A stretch of DNA of 64,000 nt, taken from the NCBI RefSeq assembly GCF_963921235.1, contig NC_086097.1, positions 167,340,001 through 167,404,000 of the forward strand, given 5' to 3'. The notes under the pieces are model-generated. The model searched no databases and had not been told where the DNA came from. It worked only from the letters and a program-made list of their open reading frames with translations. The position numbers were made by a program, and so were the translations under genes. Each line of letters starts with the position of its first letter. Position 1 is the stretch's first letter. Origin of the DNA: Mobula hypostoma. Taxonomy: Eukaryota. Shown here one piece after another: positions 1 to 13,369 of this stretch.

Positions 1-610
1 TCCTTGATGGTAGCAGCAAGATGGTGAGGATATATCAAGATGGATGCTGTCTTCTTGAGGCACTGCCTCTTGAAGACATCTTCAATGGTGGGGAATGTTT
101 TGCCCATGATGGAGCTAGTTGAATCTACAACATCTGCAGCCACTTGTGATCCTTTGTATTGGAGCCTCCATGCTAGGCACTGATGCAACCAGTTAGAATG
201 CTTTCCACTGTACATCTGTCATAATTTGCAAGAGCCTTTGGTAAACTCCCAAATCTCCTCACACTCCTAATGAAGTAGAGCTGCTTGATCTTCATGATGG
301 CATCAATGTGTTGGGCTTAAAACAGATCCTTGGAGACGTTAACACCCAGAAACTTAAAGCTGCTCGTCCTTTCCACTGCAGACTCCTTGACGAGGACTGG
401 TGCGTGTTTTTCCAACTTCCCCTTGCTGAAGCCCACAATTCGTTCCTTGGTCTAGTTGATGTTGAACGCAGGGTTGTTATTGTAGCATCACTCAACCAGT
501 GGATCAATCTCACTCTTGTATACCTCCTCATTCTCATTTGAGATTTTTCCACCATTAGTAGTGTCACTTACAGGTTTAAGGGTTTAATCTGAGCTGTGTT
601 TGTCACACAA
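1..610 (-). mobile_element. Rex1/Babar-clade LINE fragment (RT C-terminus), decayed
   Basis: Minus strand shows FKFLGVNVS.DL and TVESILTGCI motifs typical of Rex1 ORF2 ends, with stops and frameshifts. Confidence 0.7.
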
Positions 611-1029
611 TCATGAATGTAGAGATTCAAGTCAATTCAAGTACATTTATTATCAAACAATGTATAACTTATACAACCTGCAGATTTGCTTGCTACAAGT
701 GGCCACAAAGCAAGAAAACCAAAAGAACCCAATTAAAAAGAAAGGATAAAAATAAAAATAGAAGACTAACACTCCTTGTGCAAGAGAAAGAAAAAATTAG
801 GCAAACAATTTAAGTGAACAACAGCATTCCAAACCAAAAATGAGTCCTCAAATCCAAACCACGGAGAAGCCTAGAGTAGGCCTAAAGCCTCCCTTTATCA
901 GTTCATCATATTACTGGGCATGGAGCACAGTAGCCGGGGCAGGCTTAATAGAGCAGTGGTTAAGCATGCATCTTGAGGTGCACCTGAATTCTTTGTCAGC
1001 GAAAAGGTGATGTGGACTCAACCATTTAA

Positions 1030-1458
1030 TTACAGGTACAGCTATCCCCACCATTGAGGACATCTACAAGAAGCAATGCCTCAGGAAGGCAATATCGTTA
1101 TCAGGGAACCCACAGTCTGGGCCATGCCCTCTTCTTAATGCTGCCATCAGGCAGGAGCTACAAGAACCACAGCTCAAAGTTTAATAGCAGCTTCTTCCCC
1201 ACTGTCCTCAGGTTCCTGAACTGACCTGAGAAACCCTAATATCACCTCAGACTTTATTTCTTTTCTCTCGCTACCTTAACTTGTACTGGTGACATTCTGT
1301 TTGTAATTTACGTTTACATTGTTTACAAACATTCTGTTTGTAATTATGTTAGTTGGAGTTTATATTATTTTGTTTGTCATGTTTGTAATGTATAGTGTTA
1401 TGGCAAGAAGTGAATTTTCATGGTATCTGTACCCATGACAATAAACTTGAACTGGAAC
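1030..1458 (+). mobile_element. Rex1-like LINE 3' end
   Basis: PTIEDIYKK..LRKA and LPSGRSY remnants, T-rich UTR, AATAAA plus CTTGAA-type tail. Confidence 0.6.
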
Positions 1459-2145
1459 TCATGCTCACATCCAATGTATGCTCCATAATTTTAAGCTGTC
1501 TTTAGAGTGTAAAGCAAACAAAATCTGCAAATGCTGCAAAACTAAATTAAATACAGAATTCAGGATAGAAGTTTCTGACCTGAATAATAGTCTCTATTTC
1601 CCTCTCCTGCTGCTGTCTGCCCTGCTGATTATCTCCAACATTTTCTGTTTCTAGATCTTTATCGTGACTAGATTAGATTCAACTGTATTGTCATTGTGCC
1701 GAGTACAGATACAAAGCCAATGAAATGCAGTTAGCATCTGACCAGAAATACAAAGAATCGTGTTATTTACAAAATAAATTTTGTAAATAACACTATTACA
1801 TAATATAATACAATAACAAATGACTTTCCTTGAATAAAACAATGGATGTTGTAGTTCAAAATTGTGATCAAGTTTGAAGATGCTTCACTATCTACACTAG
1901 AGATCAGAAGTGATGCCACTAACCTTTAGTAGAGACCTGGACAGTGTAAAAAAAAGAAAAGAAATATGCAATACTGCCAAAATGCATGCAAGGTTTGAGG
2001 TAGTGGAGGTATGCAATCAGATCTAAAAACATTCAGAGATGCTGGAAGAATAGCTTGTATATTAGCACACAATTCCTAATTTAAACAAGTATGGTATTCA
2101 GTTTGTTGATAGCAGACAGATGGCGTTTTTGAGAACAATTCTGTC

Positions 2146-3599
2146 ATGGTTATGAAGGACTGGAAAATTGCAAGGGTCACTCCACTCTTCAATAATGGAG
2201 AGAGGCAGAAGAAGTATAGGCCAGTTAGTCTGACCTCAGTGGATGGGAAGATGTTGGAGTCGATTGTTAAGGATGTGGTTTTGGGGTACTTGGAGGCACA
2301 TGACAAAATAGGCTGTAGTCAGGATGATTCCCTCAAGGAAAAATCTAGCCTGGCAAATCTGTTGGAATTCTTTGAGGAAATAACAAGCGAGATGGGCAAA
2401 GGAGAATCAGTTGATGTTGTGAACTTGGATTTTCAAAAGGCCTTTGACAAGGTGCCATAGATGAAGCTGCTCAACAAGTTAAGAGCCCATGGGTACTACA
2501 GGAAAGACACCAGCACGGATAAAGCAGTGGCTGATTAGCAGGAGGCAAAGAGTTGGGATAAAGTGACCCTTTGATGGTTGGCTGCCAGTTACTTGTTGTG
2601 CTGCACAGTGTCTGTGTCAGGACGGTTTCTTTTTACATTATATGTCAATGACTTGGATGATGGAATTGATGGTTTCATTGCAAAGTTTGCAGACAAAATG
2701 AAGATAAGTGGAGGGGCAGATAGTTTTGAGGAAGTAGAGAGACTACAGGAGGACTTAGACCAATTAGGAGAATGGGCAAAAAAGTGACAGATGGAATAAT
2801 GTCGGGAAGTGTATGGTCTTGCACTTTGGTAGAAAAAAATACAAGGGTAGACTATTTTCTAAATGGAGAGAAGATTCAAAAATCAGAGGTGCAAGGGGAC
2901 TTGAGTCCTTGAGCAGGATTCCCCAAAGGTAATTTGCAGGTTGAGGTAGTGGCGAGGAAGGCAAATGCAATGTTAGCATTCACTTCAAGAGGACTAGAAT
3001 ACAAAACCAAGGATATAATGCTGAGGCCTTATAAAGCACTGGTGAGGCCTCATTTGGAGTATTTTGAGCACTTTGGAGCCCCTTATCTAAGAAAGGATGT
3101 GCTAACATTGGAAAGTTCAAAGGAGGTTGATGAAAATGATCCTGTGAACAAGAAGCTTAGCATATGAGGAGCATTTGATGGCTATGGGCCTGTACTCACT
3201 GGAATTCAGAAGAACGAGGGGAATCTCATTGAACCCTATCGAACGTTGATAGAGTGGATGTTGCAAGAATGTTTCCTAGCGTGAGGTAGCCTTGGACTAG
3301 AGGACACAGCCTCAGAATAGAGGAACATCCATTTAGAACCAAGATGAAGAGGAATTTCTTTAGTCAGCGAGTACTGAATCTGTGGAATTCATTGTCACAA
3401 GTGGCTATGGAGGTCAAGTCACTGGGTACTTTTAAGGTCAAGGTTGATAGATTCTTGATTAGTCAGGACATGAAGGGTTTTGGGAGGAAGGCAGGAGATT
3501 GGGGCTGAGGGAGAAAATGGATCAGCCATTATAGAATGGCAGGGCAGACTCAATGGGCCAAATGGCCTCATTCTGGTCCTATATCTTATGGTCTTATGG
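2146..3599 (+). mobile_element. 5'-truncated CR1 LINE (RT region), decayed
   Basis: ORF pieces with YRPVSLTS, DFQKAFDKVP, KFADK and YKALVRPHLEY; ends in TCTTATGG repeats. Confidence 0.9.
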
Positions 3600-4175
3600 A
3601 CTGATGAAAGCATCTTCCCTGAATGCATTATGGCTTTGCATGGTAACTGCTCTGCCTGTGACCACAAGAAAATGCATAGAATTGTGGACACAGTTTAGCA
3701 CATCACAGAAATCATCCTCTCCTCCATGGATTTTGTCTATAGCTTCCCGTCTATGGACTCTGTCTATACTTCTTACTACCTCATTAAAGCAGCCAGCCTA
3801 ACTAAAGACCCTACCCACTGAGGACGTTTTCTGTTCTCCCCTTCCCAATTGAACAGAAGATACAAAATCCTGAATACACATACTACCAGGCTCAAGGGCA
3901 GGCGCTACCCTACTGTTATTAGACTATTATATAGTTCCCCAGTACAATAAGATAGATTCCTGACCTCACAATCTATCTCATTATGATCTTGCACCTTACT
4001 GCTTACCTGCATTGCGTTTTCTCTGGAGCTGTTACACTTCATTCTGAATTCGATTATTGTTTTATCTTGTTCTTCCTCAATGTACTGTGTAATGATCTGA
4101 TCTATATGAACAGTAGGCAAGACAAGTTTCTCACTGAATCTCAGCATGTGACAATAACAAACCAATTCCAATTAC
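3600..4175 (+). mobile_element. Rex1-like LINE 3' fragment
   Basis: ESIFPECIMALHGNCS matches the ESILTGCITAWYGNC motif; 3' UTR and short tail follow. Confidence 0.6.
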
Positions 4176-4184
4176 GATTGTGAA

Positions 4185-5760
4185 GCCATTGTTTTTCAGC
4201 ACTCAATGAACTCCAGGGCAGTATTGGAAAATGGCCAATGTGACTCCTTTGTTCAAAAAGGGAGGAAGACAGAAGGCCAGGAACTCTTGGCCAGTTGGTT
4301 TAACATCTGTTGCTGGCACAATACAAAATTCAGTAATCAGAGAGGAAATAACTATTCATTTCGGAAAGCGAGATATAAGTAAACCTAGTTAACATGGCTT
4401 TATGAAAGGTAAATCATCTTTGACATATTTCCTCAAATTTTTTGAAGATGCGACATAGAGAGTTGATAGATGGGACCTGTCGATGTAATATATTTAGATT
4501 GCCAAAAGACATCTGGCAAGGCGCCACATAAGGGGCTTGTGCATAACTTAAGAGTCCAAGGTATTGGAGGAAGTGAATTAGTATCAGTTGAAAACTAGCT
4601 GTCACACAGAAAAGAAACAGTTGGAATAAATGGCTCCTTTTCAGGCTGGAGTGTTGTAAATAGAGGATACTCTTGGGATCGCTTCTTGGCTCTCTCACTT
4701 GCTTATTATTTATGCTTTTGATCTGCAGGAGGAAACAAAATATTGGATCGTCGAGATTTCTGATAATATAAAAAGTTCCCTAGCCCTCACCTTCCATCCT
4801 ACCAATCCTTGTATTCAACAGACCTTTTTAGGGAACATTCCCTTTGCATTTCACTAATCTACTCTAAATTTCCCAAATACCATCCACCTTCTTACAGGAT
4901 TTCCCTTTGCAACTGCAGGCAATGCAATATTTATCAATTCACCTCTTCCCCTCTCACCATCCAGGAACCAATCTTATTTTCCATGAGTGGAGGTCAGTGA
5001 TCTGTGACTAATGGTGTACACTGTACAGCAATGATCGGTGCTTGGACCTCCGGTGTTTGTAATATACATGTTCATGATTCAGATGAAAATGTTGGTGATC
5101 TGGTTAGTAAGTTTGAAAATGACACAAAAAATGAGGGGGTTGTGGGAAATAAAAAAGGTTGTCATAAGATACAGAAGAACACAGTTCATTTGGAAGTTTG
5201 GGTGGAGAAATGGCAAATGGAGCTTAATTTGGAGAATTTTGAGAGTTGATTCTTGGCAGGAGGGGCAAATGCAGGTGTAAAGTATGCAGCAAATGGCAGA
5301 ACCCTCAGGAGAATTAATGTACAGAGGTGCAAGTCCACAATTCCCTAAAGGAGGCATCACAAATGTCAAAGGCATTCTGAAAATTCAAAATGCAAGAATT
5401 CCCCTTAAGGAAACCATGCTGACTAGCTCATGTTACCATCTATCTCCAACTACCCCAAAAACTCTCCCTTGACAATTGACTCCAACATCTTTCCAACCAC
5501 TGAGGTCAGGCCAAGTGGCCTATAATTTCCTTTCTCTGCTTACCTCCCTTCTGCAAGATTGGAGTGACTTTTGCAATTTTCCAGTCCTCCTGAACAATGC
5601 CAGAATCTTGTGATTCTTGAAAGGTCGTTACTAATGCCTCCACAATGTCCTCAGCTGCCTCTTACAGATCTCTGGGTTGTAGTCCATCTGATCCAGCTGA
5701 CTTATCTACCTTCAGACCTCTCAGTTTCCCAAGCATCTTCTCTCTAGCAATAGCGACTGC
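4185..5760. mobile_element. Cluster of old CR1 RT fragments on both strands with a small Penelope-like piece (~4780-4970)
   Basis: WKMANVTPLFKKG, SKFENDTK and EKWQME remnants on plus; 5400-5760 is a minus-strand CR1 RT segment. Confidence 0.6.
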
Positions 5761-5764
5761 ATAA

Positions 5765-6590
5765 GTAAAAATATTTCACTATATACAACCCTGAAGATTT
5801 TGCGAGCGTGCACAGTATATCCAAGAAACATAACAGAATCAATGAAAGATTGCACACAACGGGATGGACAAACAACCGATGTGCAGAAGACAATAAACTG
5901 TGCAAATACAAAAGAAAAAATACTCATAATAAATAAATCAATAAATATGCAATAAATATGGAGAACATAAGATGAAGCGTCCTGGAAATTGAGTCCATAG
6001 TTTGTAGGAACAGTTCAGTGATCTGGCAAGTGAAGTTGAGTGAAGTTATCCCCTCAGGTTCAAGAGCCTGATAGCTGAGGGGTAATAATTGTTCCTGAAC
6101 CTGATGGTGTGAGTCATGTGGCTCCTATACCTTCTTCCTGATGGCAGCAGCAAGAAGAGAGCATGGCCTAGATGGGGCGGGGGGAGCTGCCCTTGACGAT
6201 GGATGCTGCTTTCCTGTCATAGTGTTCAGTGTAGATGTGTAAAATGGTAGGGAGCGCTTTACCTGTGATGGACTGGGCCATATCCACAACTTCTTGTGGG
6301 ATTTTCCATTCAAGGGAATTGGTGTTTCTGTACTTGACCATGATGCAGCCAGTCAATACACTCTTCAGCACACATCCAAAGAAGTTCATCAAAGGTTTGG
6401 ATATCATGCCAAATTTTCAAACTTCAAAGGGCATAGATGCAATGCTCTGTTTTCTTCGTAATGGCCCTTACCTGTTGGACCCATGACAGATCCCCTGAAA
6501 TGATAACATTGAGAAATTTATAGCTGCTGACCCTCTTCAACTTTGATCCCCTGATGAGAACTGTCTTGTGGATCTCTGATTTCTTCCTCT
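5765..6590 (-). mobile_element. Rex1-like LINE 3' part
   Basis: Minus ORFs with RVSSYKFLNVIISGDLSW and KSVLTGCIMVKY. Confidence 0.75.
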
Positions 6591-6597
6591 TTGGTCT

Positions 6598-8426
6598 TGC
6601 TGATGTGGATACATCTGACATTGGTGCCAGGGCCATCCCCTCCCAGCGATGATTGGATGGGAAGACACACCTTTGCTTCGTCTTCTTGCACAAGTTCAAC
6701 TCCACACAGTGTGTTCTGGAGCACAAGACAGAGAGCTACTCACCATCAAATGGTCCTTGGAGGAATGGAGACATTGACTGATTGGAAACATTGAGCCCTT
6801 CCTGAACTGGACTGACCACCAGAATCTTACATCAGGCTCATTGTGCCATCTTCAAGAAATTCGACTTCACCTCCCTCCAACCCAGCTCCAAGAACTCTTA
6901 GGTGAACGCCCTGTCATGACAGATTGGCCCAGCTGGAATGGAAATCAACCCTCAGCCCATCATTCCATCCTCCCAACTCCTCACCTCAATCATCTGGGAC
7001 CTTGAAAATCAGATCCTCCAGACCCTACAGCACAAGCCTGCTCCAACCCACACATGACCACTGAATGTACATGCCGGCAGCCACGAGCTCTGATGCGTTC
7101 CAGCGGGCCCACTCTTCACCCCTCTCCAATCATTCAGGTGCATGATAGACTCTGGATTTTCTACAATACCAGTGCTTGCAGCCCACTATAATACAGATGT
7201 GCATCAGTTTATTGCTGTCTGTCCTGAATGTGCTTAGTCAAAATTTCTACCACCGGTGGCCCTCTGGGCTTCTGCAGACCCTACCAGTCCCTCAACGCCC
7301 ATGGCCCCATATCTCCATGGATTTTATCACAGGTTTGATGGGGCCACAGTGACCATGATAGTGGTGGATCAATTCTCCAAGGTAACCCACTTCATTGTCT
7401 TCCCCAGACTTCCACATGGAAGACATATCTGCTCTGGGCTGAACTTTCCCATAATCTGCACACCTCCTCTGCCCACATATGTTACCCTCTGAAGTGCCTC
7501 ATGGCTACCAACCCCCATTGTTCTCCACGGAGGAGCCAGTGATGGAGGTCCCGTCCAGGAGGGCCCAGGCATGCTGCTGTTGGGATGCTTGGAAGAGGGC
7601 ACAGAGGGCCATTCTAACTGCTAAGTGCACCAACTGCTGCCAGGCCTACCACCGGTGGCAGCCAGCCAAGCCACTCCAGTCTAGGGGCCATGTCTAGCAG
7701 TCCACCTGAAATCTAACTCTGTGCACCGACTCCCACAGTTCTCACCCTCATTCATTGGTCCCTTCAAGATTACCCACTAGATCCCTCCAGTCACTCACTG
7801 TTTCTAGATGCTACTGTCACTCAGGATCACACCAACCCTCCACATGTTCTGCCTCAAGCCCATTGTCCATGGAGTACTTAACCCACCTGAACCTGCTTTG
7901 CAGAATCCAGGATGGTGGAATGTGTACACTGTCTGCTGGTTAATAGATCCATGTCATTGTGGACAGGGTGTGCAGTACCTCATCGTCTGGGGAGGGTACA
8001 GCCAGAGGAGAGGTCTTGAGTTGCTTACAGTTTCATTGTGGATTCATCACTCATCAAGGAGTTTCACCAGACCCAGTAGCTCACCCTGGGTTTTTGGGTA
8101 CTGGCTGTAGGAGGGGGTGGGCCCTATCAGGCCTGCATAGGCAGGCACCTCTCTGTCTCCACCCAGATAACAGGAATCACCTGCCACTCATTTCCAACTC
8201 ATCACCTGCAGCCTAATTAAACTAACTTTTACCCACAGACCTTGTTCACTCATTGAACCAGCCAGTTGCTCCTAACTTTCAGATGCCTTGTTGTGTTAAG
8301 TATCTGTTATCTCTTGTTTTGTGGCCCCTCATGGCTTGTTATTTTGCAGTTTATTATTGAAGTCATCACTCAATGCTAAACCATCTTCGTTACTTTGTGT
8401 CTGGGTAAAGCATCTGCGTCTTTTCA
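6598..8426 (+). mobile_element. Ty3/Gypsy chromovirus 3' half: RNase H, integrase, chromodomain, PPT, 3' LTR (~8125-8426)
   Basis: Hand translation: DVDTSDIGARAIPSQR, DRELLTIKWSLEEWRH, WTDHQNL (RNase H); [11 protein letters not shown] (integrase); GVQYLIVWGGY (chromodomain); AGGAGGGGG purine tract before TATCAGG. Confidence 0.85.
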
Positions 8427-8637
8427 CCTCAGCTGAGTACATGTGAGAATATTAAACCAATTATTAATGATCATTTCATGCCTGGGACCCTTTCTGTTTT
8501 TAATTTCAGATTTGCAACAGGTGCTGGTTTTATTTTAATTTTCTCCTGATACCCCAGGGTCAATGTTTACAGTGACTAATGAAACAAATTCTGAAATCTT
8601 CCATTCAGGTTACAGAGCAATTTTGCAGAACCTCTTT

Positions 8638-9416
8638 CATAGAACATAGAAATCCACAGCACATTACAGGCCCTTCAGCCCAAAATATTGTGCTGACCAT
8701 GTAACCTACTCTAGAAACTGCCTAGATTTTCCCTACAGCATAGTCCTTCTCTTTTCTAAGCTCCATGTACCTTCCTAAGAAAAGTCTTTTAAAAGACCCT
8801 ATTGTATCCACCTTTACCACTGGAGCTGGCAGTGCATTCCACACACCCACCACTCTGTGAAAAACTTAGCTCTGACATCGCCCCTGTACCTACTTCCAAG
8901 CACCTTAAAATTATGCCCCCTTGTGTTAGGCATTTCAGCCTGGGAAAAAGCCTCTGGCTATCCACACGTTCAATGTCTCTCATCATCTGCCAGGTCACCT
9001 CTCATCCTCCGTCGCTCCAAGGAGAAAAGGCCATGTTCACTGAACCTATTCTCATAAGCACGCTCTCCAATCCAGCCAACATTCTTGTAAATCTCCTCTG
9101 CACTCTCTCTATAGTATCCACATCCTTCCTATAGTGAGTTGATCAGAACTGAACACTTTACTCCAAGTGGGGTCTAACTAAGGTCTTATATAGCTTGAAC
9201 ATTATCTCACAGCTCTTGAACTCAGTCCCACCGTTGGTGAATGCCAACACGTCATATGCGTTCTTAACAACATTGTCAACCTGCGCAGCAGCTTTGAGTG
9301 TCCTATGAGCACGGACCCCAAGATCTTGCTGATCCTCCACACTGCCAGGAGTCTTACCATTAATATTATATTCTGACTTCAAATTTGACATACCGAAATG
9401 AATCACTTCACACTTC
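8638..9416 (-). mobile_element. CR1 LINE 3' fragment
   Basis: KCEVIHFG...LYKTLVRPHLE in minus ORF 9158-9418; CATAGAA tail repeats at 8638. Confidence 0.85.
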
Positions 9417-10479
9417 ATAGATTATATTGCTGCATTTCTAGTTTATTCATTCCTGGAACAAAGTCTCACCCTGATTTTCACAGGAAAAAAAAATACAGTA
9501 AACTATTTTGTATGATATTATGTGAAGTCACATATAAGCTGGGCTGGTTAAAGCAGTAGAATCCAATCCCAAAGGACATTGGCAAAAGAGATTTACTTTG
9601 GACTGAACTGCAATTGAATGTTCATCATATTAACATGTTAGTCAGAGAGAGGTGAGACTGGAGAAGTTGAGGTTGTTGTCCACAGAGGAAAGAAGGATAA
9701 GAGTGGATCTAACAAAGTGATATGCGATCATCACCAATTTAGAGAAGGTTTAAGATTGGAATATTCAAAGACCCAAATATAAAGATTTCAGATTTTGTGC
9801 AAAAAATAATACAAGGGAGATATGAGGATAAGGTTTCAGCATTCATTTTAGTTAGGATGTGAACTCACTTCCTGTAAGGGTGGAACAAGCAGAATTAGTT
9901 ATTGCCTTCAAAGGGAAATTGAGGAGACACTTGAGAGAGTAACGTGCAGGGCAGTGAAAATTGAGGATCTGACTACTTTCATCACCTTTCAAGAAGCCAG
10001 GCAAATACACTGAGCAATCTTGCTAACAAATTGCGCTCACTTGAGCAAAGTTTACAAACAGGCCCTCGATGCCTTACAGGAAAACATCAAGAGGGAAACA
10101 GACACACTGTCTGCACTATGGGTTTGGGAGGATACAACAGTGTGAGTGAATACAGCTGGCCAGGTCTGTGGAAGTCAGCCAATGCAGGAAAATGATGTCA
10201 AGACTCAGGAAATCTGTAAGGATAAGTCAACACCAATGCTGTACGTGGCCCAAAACCTGATCAGTTATTTGTTGATATAATTCAAGGGTTCTCTGCTTCC
10301 AATTTACTCTTGTACTTTGGAAAGATGCTAAACCCAAACTGCAGAACTGTTGCAACTTAAACCATAGAAACCATAGAAACTACAGCACAGAAACGGGCCT
10401 TTTGGCCCTTCTTGGCTGTGCCGAACCATTTTCTGCCTAGTCCCACTGACCTGCACACGGACCATATCCCGCCATACAC

Positions 10480-13369
10480 CTCCCATCCATGTATCTGTCC
10501 AATTAATTCTTAAATATTAAAAAAGAACCCGCATTTACCATCTCGTCTGGCAGCTCATTCCATACTCCCACCACTCTCTGTGTGAAGAAGCCTCCCACTA
10601 ATGTTCCCTTTAAACTTTTCCCCCCTCACCCTTAACCCATGTCCTCTGGTTTTTTTTCTCCCCTTGCCTCAGTGGAAAAAGCCTGCTTGCATTCACTCTG
10701 TCTATACCCATCATAATTTTATATACCTCTATCAAATCTCCCCTCATTCTTCTACGCTCCAGGGAATAAAGTCCTAACCTATTCAACCTTTCTCTGTAAC
10801 TGAGTTTCTCAAGTCCCGGCAACATCCTTGTAAACCTTCTCTGCACTCTTTCAATCTTATTTATATCCTTCCTGTAATTTGGTGACCAAAACTGAACACA
10901 ATACTCCAGATTCGGCCTCACCAATGCCTTATACAACCTCATCATAACATTCCAGCTCTTATACTCAATACTTTGATTAATAAAGGCCAATGTACCAAAA
11001 GCTCTCTTTACAACCCTATCTACTTGTGATGCCACTTTTAGGGAATTTTGTATCTGTATTCCCAGATTCCTCTGTTCTACTGCACTCCTCAGTGCCTTAC
11101 CATTAACCCTGTATGTTCTACCTTGGTTTGTCCTTCCAACGTGCAATACCTCACACTTGTCTGTATTAAACTCCATCTGCCATTTTTCAGCCCAAATTTC
11201 CAGCTGGTCCAAGTCCCTCTGCAGGCTCTGAAAACCTTCCTCACTGTCTACTACACCTCCAATCTTTGTATCATCAGCAAATTTGCTGATCCAATTTACC
11301 ACATTATCATCCAGATCATTGATATAGATGTCAAATAACAATAGACCCAGCACTAATCCCTGTGGCAAACCACTAGTCACAGGCCTCCACTCAGAGAAGC
11401 AATTCTCTACCACCACTCTTTGGCTCCTTCCATTGAGCCAATGTCTAATCCAATTTACCACCTCTCCATGTATACCTAGCAACTGAATTTTCCTAACTAA
11501 CCTCCCATGCGGGACCTTGTCAAAAGCCTTACTGACATCCATGTAGACAATATCCACTGCCTTCCCTTCATCCACTTTCCTGGTAACCTCCTTGAAAAAC
11601 TCCAATAGATTGGTCAAACATGACCTACCACGCACAAAGCCATGTTGACTCTCCCTAATGAGTCCCTGTCTATCCAAATGCTTGTAGATTCTATCTCTTA
11701 GTACTCCCTCCAATAACTTACCTACTACCGACGTTAAACTCACTGGCCTATAATTTCCCGGATTATTTTTCGATCCTTTTTTAAACAACGGAACAACATG
11801 AGCCACTCTCCAATCCTCCGGCACCTCACCTGTAGACAGCGACATTTTAAATATTTCTGCCAGGGACCCCGCAATTTCAACACTAGTCTCCTTCAAGGTC
11901 CAAGAGAACACCCTGTCAGGTCCCGGGGATTTATCCACTTTAATTTTCCTCAAGACGGCAAGGACCTCCTCCTTTTCGATCTGTACAGTTTCCATGATCT
12001 CACTACTTGTTTCCCTTAATTCCATAGACTTCATGCCAGTTTCCTTAGTAAATACAGACGCAAAAAACCTATTTAAGATCTCCCCCATTTCCTTTGGTTC
12101 CGCACATAGCCGACCACTCTGATCTTCAAGAGGACCAATTTTATCCCTTACAATCCTCTTGCTCTGAATATACCTGTAAAAGGTCTTTGGATTATCCTTC
12201 ACTTTGACTGCCAAGGCAACCTCATGTCTTCTTTCAGCCCTCCTGATTACTTTCTTAAGTATTTTCTTGCACTTCTGATACTCCTCAAGCACCCGATTTA
12301 CCCCCTGTTTCCTATACATTTCATACAACTCCCTCTTCTTTATCAGAGTTGCAATATCCCTTGAGAACCAAGGTTCCTTATTCCTATTCACTTTGCCTTT
12401 AGTCCTGACAGGAACATACAAACTCTGCACTCTCAAAATTTCCCCTTTGAAGGCTTCCCACCTACCAATCACATCTTTGCCAGATTACAACCTGTCCCAA
12501 TCCATGCTTTTTAGATCCTTTCTCATTTCTTCAAATTTGGCCTTCTTCCAGTTCAGAACCTCAACCCTAGGACCAGATCTATCCTTGTCCATGATCAAAT
12601 TGAAACTAATGGTGTTATGATCACTGGAACCAAAGTGCTCCCCTGCACAGACTTCTGCCACTTGTCCTAACTCGTTTCCTAACAGGAGAACCAATATTGC
12701 ATCCCCTCTAGTTGGTCCCTCTATATATTGATTTAGAAAACTTTCCTGAACACATTTTACAAACTCTAAACCATCTAGACCCCTAACAGTATGGGAGTCC
12801 CAATCAATGTATGGAAAATTAAAATCCCCTACCACCACAACTTTATGTTTCCTGCAGTTGCCTGCTATCTCTCTGCAGATTTGCTCTTCCAAGTCTCGTT
12901 GACTATTGGATGGTCTGTAATACAATCCCACTAATGTGGCCATACCTTTCCTGTTCCTCAGCTCCACCCATAAGGACTCAGTAGACAAGCCCTCTAATCT
13001 GTCCTGCCTGAGCACTGCTGTAACATTTTCCCTGACAAGCAATGCTACTCCCCCACCTTTCATTCCTCTGCCTCTATCACATCTGAAACATCGGAACCCT
13101 GGAATATTAAGCTGCCAGTCCTGCCCCTCCTGTAGCCAAGTTTCACTAAATGCTATAACGTCATAATTCCACGTGTCAATCCACGCCCTCAACTCATCCG
13201 CCTTCCCCGCAATACTCCTAGCATTGAAATATATACACCTCAGAAGATTTTTACCACCACTCACAACCTTTCTATCAGCGGATTTGCTTGAACTTTTAAC
13301 ATCATTTATTTTCACCCCAGCCACACTGTCAGCTCTGGCACTCTGGTTCCCATCCCCCTGCAAATCTAG
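10480..13369 (-). pseudogene. CR1 ORF2 (APE endonuclease + reverse transcriptase), disrupted
   Basis: ORFs 12485-13363 (YFNARS, SETWL, GDFN, SDH) and 10610-12472 (YRPVSLTS, QHGF, FADD) share one frame split by TAA at 12485-12487; frameshift in the T-run near 10650. C-terminal coordinate approximate. Confidence 0.92.

Noticed and set aside
10020..10150. Short helical-looking frame (LSKVYKQALDALQENIKRE) with possible splice sites
   Set aside because: Bounded by stops, weak acceptor, no homology recognised.
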